Shown here in pieces: positions 17,991 through 25,501 of a stretch of DNA of 64,000 nucleotides (its first letter is position 1; every line of letters begins with the position of its first letter). The translations under genes and the position numbers were made by a program. Under the pieces are notes generated by a model. The model saw only the letters and a list, made by a program, of their open reading frames with translations. It was not told the DNA's origin and made no database searches. The stretch spans positions 11,771 through 75,770 of the forward strand of contig CAYPGS010000014.1 in the NCBI GenBank assembly GCA_964410395.1. Direction: 5' to 3'. This DNA comes from an uncultured bacterium. Lineage in GTDB: Bacteria; Krumholzibacteriota; Krumholzibacteriia; JACNKJ01.

Positions 17991-18072
17991 GGGGAAGGAT
18001 GGACCCTTCCCCTCGTTTCAGCTTCGAATGTCACTCGGGGAAGGGTCCATCCTTCCCCGTTTTCTATTCTTC
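17991..18072 (+). terminator. Double-hairpin 3' element D (perfect 22-nt inverted repeat)
   Basis: GGGGAAGGATGGACCCTTCCCC (17991-18012), then linker TCGTTTCAGCTTCGAATGTCACTC, then GGGGAAGGGTCCATCCTTCCCC (18037-18058). The second arm is the exact reverse complement of the first and is followed by GTTTTCTATTCTT. Confidence 0.7.
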
Positions 18073-18147
18073 CGGTAAGCGAAGTGACTCCTCGAACAGC
18101 GACTTGCGAGTCTGCGAGCCGGAGCGTGAGGGGAGGCCGCGAGCGCT

Positions 18148-18636
18148 CTATTCGAACATCGACTTCAAAGCGCCGAAATCTAGAGGCGCCGCTCCCACCG
18201 ATCCCTGGCGGAAGGCCCATACTTTTATCTCTATCGAACACCCATCAAAAACGTAAATCTCATCGGCAAGATTTGCGAATGTGCAGGTGTTTCCTCCGTT
18301 CCAAGTCGTCTCCAAGTGGACTACCTCGATATTGCCGTATCCATGAATCATTTCGACCGTGAAGATGGTTTCGGATAATGCTGCGACGGTTCCGTCCCCG
18401 TAGACCGGCATTGGGATCGGCAGTTCAACACTGTTGTGGAACAAGATGAGCTCGAAGATTTCCGAAGTTGTTGCTATTTCCTCGATACAAGCCCCAGGTA
18501 GATGGCCGAAGAAGCGAGGCCCGTAACTGGAATGGATATCGTCACTGTATGCGAGAGTCTTGGTACCCATGATGGGTTCGGCAATGGCCGCGAAACCAGC
18601 GAGTAGTAGAATCATGGTTGTGATGCACAGGCGCAT
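18148..18636 (-). CDS. Hypothetical secreted protein (ORFan, lower GC than its surroundings)
   Basis: N-terminal signal-like MRLCITTMILLLAGFAAIA. I recognise no family motif. The ORF is visibly more AT-rich than its neighbours. Confidence 0.55.
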   Translation of the reverse strand: MRLCITTMILLLAGFAAIAEPIMGTKTLAYSDDIHSSYGPRFFGHLPGACIEEIATTSEIFELILFHNSVELPIPMPVYGDGTVAALSETIFTVEMIHGYGNIEVVHLETTWNGGNTCTFANLADEIYVFDGCSIEIKVWAFRQGSVGAAPLDFGALKSMFE

Positions 18637-18754
18637 GGATGGCCTCTATGGTTGAGTGACCCTTCCTTGATAGCTCGAATAAGGATATCAGATTAAGACC
18701 CGCGGGTCCAGAATGGGCCTTGCTGCAAGGACCATCTCGTAGTTTCATGCTCCC

Positions 18755-20944
18755 ATGAAGACCATCCAGATTTCGGCGCTTTCGGGGCGCGATCTCTTCG
18801 CGCGAATGCTCGACGTGGAAACGGCCGACCTGCTGGCCGAGGCGGACAAGCGCATCCTGGTAATCAACCCGGGCTCGACCTCCACCAAGGTTGCGCTCTA
18901 CCAGGGCGTGCAGAAACTGGACGGCTTCGAGGTGCACATCCAACCGCACCTGGAGGACAGCGCCGAGACTCGCAGCGTCATGGTCAACGGCTGGCTCGCC
19001 GAGCGGCACATCGATGCGGAGAGCCTCGACGCCATCGCCGCCCGCGGCGGCTTCTTCCGCCCCGTGCCCAGCGGAACCTACATGGTCACGCCGGAACTGC
19101 TCGAGGATCTGGCCGATCCCGAGATCAAGCATGCGGCCAACATGGGAGTGCCCATCGCCATGGCCATCAAGGGACTGTCCGGCAAGGACATTCCCGTGTC
19201 GGTGAGCAATCCGGTGGTGGTGGACGAGGTCGAGATCGCCAGCCGCATGACGGGCCTGCGCGAGTTCAAGACCGACGGCACCAGCGTGCACTACCTCAGC
19301 CACAAGAGCGTCATCGCCATCAGCGCCTGGGAGTTCGGCATGCACCCCAGCGAGGCCAGCGTGGTGAGCGTGCATCTGGGCGGCGGCTTCTCGCTCATCC
19401 GCAATCACAAGGGACGGGCGGTGCGTGTGATCAACGCCTTCAGCGGACTGCCCTCGGCGAACCGCTCGGGCCTCTTGCCCCAGCACGAACTTCTTTTGAA
19501 GCTCGAGGAACACCAGATCAGCCTCGACGAGATGATCCGCGCCACCTTCCGCGAGGGCGGGCTCATGAGCCTGGCCGGCACCAACGACTTCAAGACCCTG
19601 CTCGAGTTCCGCGGCTTCGGCGCCACGGAAGCCCAGCGCGAGAAGATCGACCTGGTGCTCGACTTCTTCGCCCAGAAGGTGGCCGAGGGAATCCTTTCGG
19701 CCTCCGCCGGTTGGGGAAAGCCCGACTACGCCTGCGTCACCGGGGGACTTTCGCAGAGCGAGGAGTTCGTGAGCATGGTGGAGCGTCGCCTTGGAGGTCT
19801 GCTGCCCCTCGTGCGCGTACCGGGCAGCGTGGAGCAGGAGGCTCTGGCCGCGGGAGGTGCGCTTTCCCTCCTTCGCCCCGAATGCTTGCGCGACTACAGC
19901 GAGGAATGCGAGAAGCTTCACGCGGCGCGCATGGCCGAGAACCATCTCATCGACCGGGCCGTGTTCAAGAAGCCCGTGTTGAGGCGGAAGAAGGGCAGCC
20001 CGCTCTGCAGCCTGGAGGAGATCATCCAGGCCACGCGCAGTCGCGTGCAGGAAGAGTTCATGCCCACCATCGCCATCGCGGGCTCGGACAACGAGGACGC
20101 TCTCGCGGCCGCGCTCCGCGCCACCGAAGAGGGTGAGTACAAGATCGCCCGTTTCCTTCTGGTGGGGGATCCCGACAGAACCCGTCGCACCGCCGAGAGA
20201 CTGGGGATGGATCTGAGTCAGCCGGACTACACCCTGATCCCCGCCGAGGATCCCGTGGCCCGCTGCCTCGATCTCTACGAAACCGGCGACGCCCACGTGC
20301 TCATGAAGGGATCGGTGAAGACCGAGGCCATTCTCGGGCCCGCCTTCCGCTGGCTCAAGGAACGCGGTCGCCTGCCCAAGGACGCCCTCTACAGCCACGT
20401 GGCGGTGTTCGAACGCAAGGCGCTCAAGCGGCTCATCCTGCTCACCGACGCGGGCATCAACATCGAGCCGAACCTGGACGAGAAGCGTCGCATCCTGGAG
20501 AACGCGCTCTTCGTGGCCCGCAGCCTGAATCTGCCTCGACCGAGGGTGGCCGTGATCAGCGCCATCGAGAAGGTGAATCCCCGCATCGAGAGTTCGGTGG
20601 AGGCCGCCGACATCGCCGAGATGTTCCGCGAGCGCGGCGACTGCATCGTGGAAGGTCCCCTCAGCTTCGACGTGGCTACCGAGCTGGACGTGGCCGAGGA
20701 GAAGAGCTACGACGGACAGATCCAGGGCAACGCCGACATCCTCGTGATGCCGGGCATCGATTCGGGCAACGCGGTCTACAAGACGCTCACCACCAGCGGA
20801 CACGACGCGGCCGGCTGCATCGTGGGGGGAGGCATCCCCGTGGTACTCACCAGTCGCGCCGACAGTGCCCTCACCAAGCTGGCCAGCATCTCCATGAGCC
20901 TGCGGCTTTACTTCCAGCGCCGGCGCGAGGCCGACAAGAGCTAG
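18755..20944 (+). CDS. Fused butyrate (branched-chain acyl) kinase - phosphate butyryl/acetyltransferase
   Basis: The N-terminal ~360 aa carry ILVINPGSTSTKVALY, HAANMG, VHLGGGFS and TGGLSQSE, the acetate/butyrate kinase fold (Buk type). The C-terminal ~300 aa carry VAVISAIEKVNP, GNADILVMPGIDSGNAVYK and IVGGGIPVVLTSRADS, the PTA_PTB family. Confidence 0.85.
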   Translation: MKTIQISALSGRDLFARMLDVETADLLAEADKRILVINPGSTSTKVALYQGVQKLDGFEVHIQPHLEDSAETRSVMVNGWLAERHIDAESLDAIAARGGFFRPVPSGTYMVTPELLEDLADPEIKHAANMGVPIAMAIKGLSGKDIPVSVSNPVVVDEVEIASRMTGLREFKTDGTSVHYLSHKSVIAISAWEFGMHPSEASVVSVHLGGGFSLIRNHKGRAVRVINAFSGLPSANRSGLLPQHELLLKLEEHQISLDEMIRATFREGGLMSLAGTNDFKTLLEFRGFGATEAQREKIDLVLDFFAQKVAEGILSASAGWGKPDYACVTGGLSQSEEFVSMVERRLGGLLPLVRVPGSVEQEALAAGGALSLLRPECLRDYSEECEKLHAARMAENHLIDRAVFKKPVLRRKKGSPLCSLEEIIQATRSRVQEEFMPTIAIAGSDNEDALAAALRATEEGEYKIARFLLVGDPDRTRRTAERLGMDLSQPDYTLIPAEDPVARCLDLYETGDAHVLMKGSVKTEAILGPAFRWLKERGRLPKDALYSHVAVFERKALKRLILLTDAGINIEPNLDEKRRILENALFVARSLNLPRPRVAVISAIEKVNPRIESSVEAADIAEMFRERGDCIVEGPLSFDVATELDVAEEKSYDGQIQGNADILVMPGIDSGNAVYKTLTTSGHDAAGCIVGGGIPVVLTSRADSALTKLASISMSLRLYFQRRREADKS

Positions 20945-21177
20945 CCGATTCTAAAGACTCTCTCCAGCATCTGAAGGCACGCGGAGACCGCCGATATTGA
21001 GCGGGAACCGAATCCATTGGGCCGCATTGACTTTCATGCCCGGCGGGGCTGGCATACGCCCTGCAGTAGCCGGGCTGATGTGATGAGCGAGCTTCTCCAG
21101 TAGGGCATCCTCCAAGCCCCGAGTCGCTAGAGAACTCTTACCCACCGGAGCTCCCGCTCCAAGCGAGACTCAAGCGG

Positions 21178-21207
21178 AAACCCTCCCAACCCCCCGGGAG
21201 GGTTTTT
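21178..21207 (+). terminator. Intrinsic terminator 234 nt downstream of the buk-ptb stop
   Basis: AAACCCTCCC-aacccccc-GGGAGGGTTTTT. Confidence 0.6.
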
Positions 21208-21218
21208 GCATGCGGAAA

Positions 21219-21240
21219 GACCCCGGCATATGCCGGGGTC
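21219..21240. terminator. Perfect 22-nt palindrome hairpin (second, bidirectional terminator-like)
   Basis: GACCCCGGCATATGCCGGGGTC, flanked by GGAAA on the left and TTCT on the right. Confidence 0.45.
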
Positions 21241-21416
21241 TTCTAGGTGCGAGGGGCCGACCCAAACTGCGTGTAGGCATGATTATACCACAATTTCCGA
21301 CCCAAGGCTCCATCAATGTAGGTTCAATAAAACGAAAGTGTTAGGTCATGACGGGTGGGTGACACATGCCGGGAAAAGGGCGTTTACCATTAAGGAGGAA
21401 TTCTGGAGGTTCCGGT

Positions 21417-23378
21417 ATGAAAACACTCGCAAAGAGCTGGGTTTTCATGGCCTTGGCCGCCATGCCGCTGGTCACACTGGCTGAAGATGCGGGCGATGAT
21501 GAGAAGAAGGATGAGACCGAAACGGTAGAGGCCGTCTGGGAAATGGATCCCATCGTCGTCACGGGCACTCGCACCGAGAAGCCCCTGGCCGAGACCCCCG
21601 TGGCCACCGAGCTGGTCACCCGCAAGGATCTGGAGAAGTCGGGCGCGGAGAGCCTGGCCGACTTCCTGGAGAACCAGGCGGGCGTGACCATCAGCCACTC
21701 CATCTTCGGCAGCGGCGTGCAGCTTCAGGGTCTCAGCAGCGAATACGTGCTGGTGCTCATCAACGGCGAGCGCGCCGGCGGCCGCAAGGGCGGCGTGCTG
21801 GACCTGTCGCGCTACAACGTGGAGAACATCGAGCGCATCGAGATCGTGAAGGGCAATCAGTCGGCCCTATACGGATCGGACGCCATCGGCGGCGTGATCA
21901 ACATCATCACACGCGCGAGCCGTTCGCCCCTGGAACTCGAGATCCACGGCAACGCCGGCGGCGAGGGACGCATGGACCTGGGCGGTGCCTTGGGCGCCAA
22001 GGGCGAGGTCTGGACCAGCCGCGTGACCTCGGGTTGGCGCAGCGCCGATGCCAGCGACTACGAGCCCGAAGATCCCGAAACCAGCGTGGACGGCTACGAC
22101 GAGTTCAGCCTGTCCAGCCACAGCGAAGTGAAGGTGGGGGACTGGTCCAAGCTTGAAGGACGCTTCAGCTACCTGCGTCGCACCACCAACGGCATCGACG
22201 GCGGCACCGACATCTCGGCCACCATCTTCGACCGCAGCAATCTCACCGAGATGTTCACGCTCTCGGCGAGTCCAAACTTCTGGATCGGCGAGACCGGTCG
22301 CCTCAAGGGCACCGCCTATTTCTCGCTCTACCGCGATGAGTACCTGCAGGATCAGCGCGAGGGAGATCTGCTCGACACCTTCACCGAGACCTGGGAGCGC
22401 CTGGTCCAGGGCACCATCCAGTACGACCGCTACTTCGGCGAGTATCACTACGTCTCGATGGGTGTCGAAGCGCTTCACGAGGATCTCGAAACCGAACGCC
22501 TCGAGGGAGGCAAGAGCGACCGCCAGCGCTTCAGCGCCTTCCTGCAGGACGAGTGGACCTTCCCCTCGCACCTGAAGATCACCGTGCTGCCCGGCATGCG
22601 TCTGGATTCCGATTCGCAGTTCGGCGACCACTTCACGCCCAAGCTGGCCCTCAGCCATGAGCTGGGCGAGAAGACCATGCTCCGCGGCAGCGTGGGCAAG
22701 GGTTTCCGGGCCCCGGACTTCAAGGAACTCTACGTTCGCTTCTCGCATCCGGCCATCGGTTACGAGGTTCTGGGCAATCCCGATCTGGAGCCTGAAGTTT
22801 CCATGAGCTACTCCCTGAGCCTCGAACGCACCTTCAGCGAGAGACTCTGGGCTTCGATCAGCGCCTACCACCACGACTTCGACAATCTCATCCAGGGCCT
22901 GATCACCGACGAGGTCAACGAGGGCGGCCTGCTCAAGGCCACCTATTTCAACGTGACCCATGCCCGCATTCGCGGCGTGGAGACCTCGATTCGCTACCAG
23001 CTGCTCAAGAACCTGAACGTGGAGCTCGGCTACACCTATCTGGACAGCCGTGACGAGGACACGGGCAACGTGCTCGACGGTCGTCCGACCCACCGTGGCA
23101 ACCTGAATCTGGACTACCGCATCGAGCCGCTCAAGCTGGGCGTGGTCATGCGCACCTCCTTCGTGGGTGAGCGCTCCTTCAGCGAGGCATACAGCGGGGT
23201 GGAGACCTTCATGGCCGACCCCTACTCACTCATGAATCTGCGTCTCAACCGCGACATCAACGATCTCTTCAAGGTCTCCCTCGGCATCGACAATCTTCTG
23301 AACGAAGGCGACCACGATTACCTGCGGATCGCCCCGCGCCGCGTGTTCTTCGGCCTGGGCTTCCAGCATTCGAAGTAG
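21417..23378 (+). CDS. TonB-dependent outer-membrane receptor
   Basis: Start at MKTLAKSWVFMALAAMPLVTLA (RBS GGAGG). Ton-box/plug region DPIVVTGTRTEKPLAETPVATELVTRKDLEKSGAESLADFLENQAGV, IEIVKGNQSALYGSDAIGGVINIIT, and a long beta-barrel part. Confidence 0.9.
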   Translation: MKTLAKSWVFMALAAMPLVTLAEDAGDDEKKDETETVEAVWEMDPIVVTGTRTEKPLAETPVATELVTRKDLEKSGAESLADFLENQAGVTISHSIFGSGVQLQGLSSEYVLVLINGERAGGRKGGVLDLSRYNVENIERIEIVKGNQSALYGSDAIGGVINIITRASRSPLELEIHGNAGGEGRMDLGGALGAKGEVWTSRVTSGWRSADASDYEPEDPETSVDGYDEFSLSSHSEVKVGDWSKLEGRFSYLRRTTNGIDGGTDISATIFDRSNLTEMFTLSASPNFWIGETGRLKGTAYFSLYRDEYLQDQREGDLLDTFTETWERLVQGTIQYDRYFGEYHYVSMGVEALHEDLETERLEGGKSDRQRFSAFLQDEWTFPSHLKITVLPGMRLDSDSQFGDHFTPKLALSHELGEKTMLRGSVGKGFRAPDFKELYVRFSHPAIGYEVLGNPDLEPEVSMSYSLSLERTFSERLWASISAYHHDFDNLIQGLITDEVNEGGLLKATYFNVTHARIRGVETSIRYQLLKNLNVELGYTYLDSRDEDTGNVLDGRPTHRGNLNLDYRIEPLKLGVVMRTSFVGERSFSEAYSGVETFMADPYSLMNLRLNRDINDLFKVSLGIDNLLNEGDHDYLRIAPRRVFFGLGFQHSK

Positions 23379-23403
23379 GAAAGAAACAACTCATCAAGGA
23401 GTC

Positions 23404-24027
23404 ATGATGAAGAAACTCGCTTTGCTCGCTCTCGCCGGCCTGCTGGCCCTGATGCTGGGTGGATGTTCGGACAGTCTCGATCCCGGTGACGACGATCCCG
23501 TGGAGTACGGCTTCACCACAGTGGACAACGGGGACGGATCCTTCACCACCACGGCCATTGCCGAGGGGCTGAGCGGTTCCAATTTCATCTACTTCAGCCT
23601 TGCCACGGGCGAGGGTGTGGAGCCCGCGAATCCGGATGATGCGGACGACTACGATCTGGCCCTTCTCTTCGCCAACATCAACCTGAATGGCGGAAGCAAC
23701 GGCACGGGCGGAGTGGAACTCGTCTACTTCGACGATGGGAACTACGAGGATCTCGCGCAGGCTCCTGCCGATGGCTACATCACCGACACCAGCAACACCG
23801 ATATCGGTCGGGCCTTCAACCAGGGCGCCGTGGATGGTCAGAACGGCGGTTGGTACAACTACACCGGATCCCCCGACCACGAGTTCATCCTGGCGGAAAA
23901 CCGCTACTACGCGATTCACGGAGCCGACGGGCTGTACTACAAGTTGCGCCTCACGCTCTTCTCCACCCAGGGCTCTTCCTCCCCCGCGGAGGTCGTCTTC
24001 GACTGGCAGGAGATCACCGCTCCCTAG
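23404..24027 (+). CDS. HmuY-like lipoprotein 1
   Basis: Lipobox LMLGGC. YDLALLFANINLNGGSNG, GGWYNY and YYAIHGADGLYYKLRLTLF mirror the WDMALHRYDVRLNCG ... GGWLEF ... VFFVRGADGNIAKVQFTDY pattern of HmuY. It follows the TonB receptor. Confidence 0.7.
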   Translation: MMKKLALLALAGLLALMLGGCSDSLDPGDDDPVEYGFTTVDNGDGSFTTTAIAEGLSGSNFIYFSLATGEGVEPANPDDADDYDLALLFANINLNGGSNGTGGVELVYFDDGNYEDLAQAPADGYITDTSNTDIGRAFNQGAVDGQNGGWYNYTGSPDHEFILAENRYYAIHGADGLYYKLRLTLFSTQGSSSPAEVVFDWQEITAP

Positions 24028-24118
24028 CCATCTCCTCCTTTGCAAGGAGCACCCCGAGCGGCTCTGGCCCTTGCCGGAGCCGTTTTCCTTGCGACCTGAT
24101 CGCCCCTGGAGGCATCCT

Positions 24119-24697
24119 ATGGGTACCATGCGATGGATTCCCGTACTCCTGTTGATCGCGGCCCTGACGGCCTGCTCGAACGACGGTGGAACCGCTCCCG
24201 AGACTGATCCGGCCCTCTGGACCGAAGTGGATCCCGAGGGTGGTTTCATCACCGTGGTGGAGGCGGGGGATCTCTACAGCGAGAAGGTCATCTACTTCAG
24301 CTTCGAGGACGGAGGGGAGCGCTTTCCGCTCAACCCAGACGACTCGACCGATTGGGATCTGTCCTTCCGCTTCGCCTGGATCCAGACCAATGGCGGCGTT
24401 AGCGGAAGCGGTGAGGTGGCCGTGCAGCCCGTGGATTTCGCCGAGTATCTGACATTCGACAGGGCTCCCGGCGGAGACTACTTCGCCGACACCGATGAGC
24501 TGCTGGCCTTCGATATCGGCCAGGGATGGTACCGCTACATACAGGGCATCGACGAGTGGTTCATCAACGATCGCGTCTATGCGATCAGGGCCCTCGATGG
24601 CCGCTACTTCAAGCTGCAGGTGATCAACTTCCTAGACGAGTCCGGAGCTCCGGGGCTTCTCGAGTTTCGATGGGCCGAAATCTCCCCGCCCTCCTAG
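24119..24697 (+). CDS. HmuY-like lipoprotein 2
   Basis: Start at ATG 24119 (GGAGG RBS at 24108-24112). Lipobox LTAC. WDLSFRFAWIQTNGGVSGSG, GWYRY and VYAIRALDGRYFKLQVINF are present. The longer ORF 23687.. overlaps the previous gene and is rejected. Confidence 0.7.
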   Translation: MGTMRWIPVLLLIAALTACSNDGGTAPETDPALWTEVDPEGGFITVVEAGDLYSEKVIYFSFEDGGERFPLNPDDSTDWDLSFRFAWIQTNGGVSGSGEVAVQPVDFAEYLTFDRAPGGDYFADTDELLAFDIGQGWYRYIQGIDEWFINDRVYAIRALDGRYFKLQVINFLDESGAPGLLEFRWAEISPPS

Positions 24698-25500
24698 CCC
24701 TTCTTCAACAGGGCCACTGGAACGAGTCCCATGGCGAAGACCACCACCACTGCCGCTCCGGTGGGGAAGTCGAGGTAGTAGGACAACAGCATTCCCAGAA
24801 AACTCATGACGATACCGAAACCCCAGGCCAGGGGGAGCCGCACACGTTCTCCCGCGCCTATCAACGCGGCGAAGACCGAGGGGACGATGAGAATGGTGAA
24901 GACGAGCAGCACGCCGGCGATGCGCACGGAACTCGTCACCACGAAGGCGAAGACGGCGTAGAAGAAGAAATCCCAGGCGAAGAGGTTCAGACCGCCTTTT
25001 GCGGCCTCCTCGGCGTTCTCGCTCACCCGCTTCAGGCGCGGATGGGCCCAGGCCAGCAGCAGGCCGAGTGCGCCGTAGATGAGGGCGATCTTGAGCACCT
25101 CCTGCCAGTTCACCCAGAGAATCGAGCCCACCAGGATCTGCTTGATATGCTCGGCTCCGTGGGGCGCGCGATCGGCGATGAGAATCGCCGCCGCCGAGGA
25201 GGCCACGTAGGCGATTCCGATGATGGCTTCCTGGGGAACCTGGCGGATGCGCATCCTCGCTGCGGCGAACAATCCCGCTGCGGCAAGTGCGCTGATCAGT
25301 CCTAGATAGTAGGAGGGAGTGCTCTCCAACTCGAAACCGAAGAGCAGCCCCAGGGCGACGCCCATGGCGGCGAACTGCGCCATGGCGAGGTCCACGAAGA
25401 TCACGCCGCGCCGGAGCACGTGTCCGCCCAGGTAGGCGTGAATGAGTACCAGGACCACACTGGCCGCGAAGGGCGCCGCCATGAGACCGATCAGTTCCAT
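24694..25500 (-). CDS. Metal (Zn/Mn/Fe) ABC transporter permease, ZnuB/ABC-3 family
   Basis: Polytopic membrane protein. Start at MELIGLMAAPF, 1 nt after the upstream stop. The ABC-3 family look includes HAYLGGHVLRRGVIFVDLAMAQFAAMG. Confidence 0.88.
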   Translation of the reverse strand: MELIGLMAAPFAASVVLVLIHAYLGGHVLRRGVIFVDLAMAQFAAMGVALGLLFGFELESTPSYYLGLISALAAAGLFAAARMRIRQVPQEAIIGIAYVASSAAAILIADRAPHGAEHIKQILVGSILWVNWQEVLKIALIYGALGLLLAWAHPRLKRVSENAEEAAKGGLNLFAWDFFFYAVFAFVVTSSVRIAGVLLVFTILIVPSVFAALIGAGERVRLPLAWGFGIVMSFLGMLLSYYLDFPTGAAVVVVFAMGLVPVALLKKG

Positions 25501-25501
25501 A

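Noticed and set aside
9960-18072. Recurrent GGGGAGGG/CCCTCCCC hairpins as a possible CRISPR array.
   Set aside because: The copies are separated by 2.5-3 kb protein-coding genes, not by 25-50-nt spacers. They are inverted repeats followed by T-runs at gene 3' ends. No cas genes are present.
20951-21145. 64-aa minus-strand ORF between buk-ptb and the terminators.
   Set aside because: It has no RBS, no recognisable motif and no signal peptide. The flanking terminator is oriented for the + strand. I treat it as non-coding (see the 20945-21245 finding).
21246-21416. Cobalamin or other riboswitch in front of the TonB-dependent receptor.
   Set aside because: I could find no B12-box-like element or multi-helix GC structure. 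The region is short and partly AT-rich. Only a weak half-site (TTAGGT) and a GTCATGAC palindrome are present, which is too little to call.
23687-24118. N-terminal 144-aa extension of ORF 23687..24697, which overlaps HmuY-like gene 1.
   Set aside because: The extension is Pro/Arg/Ser/Thr-rich nonsense in an alternative frame of a real gene. A GGAGG RBS plus a lipoprotein signal peptide begin at 24119.
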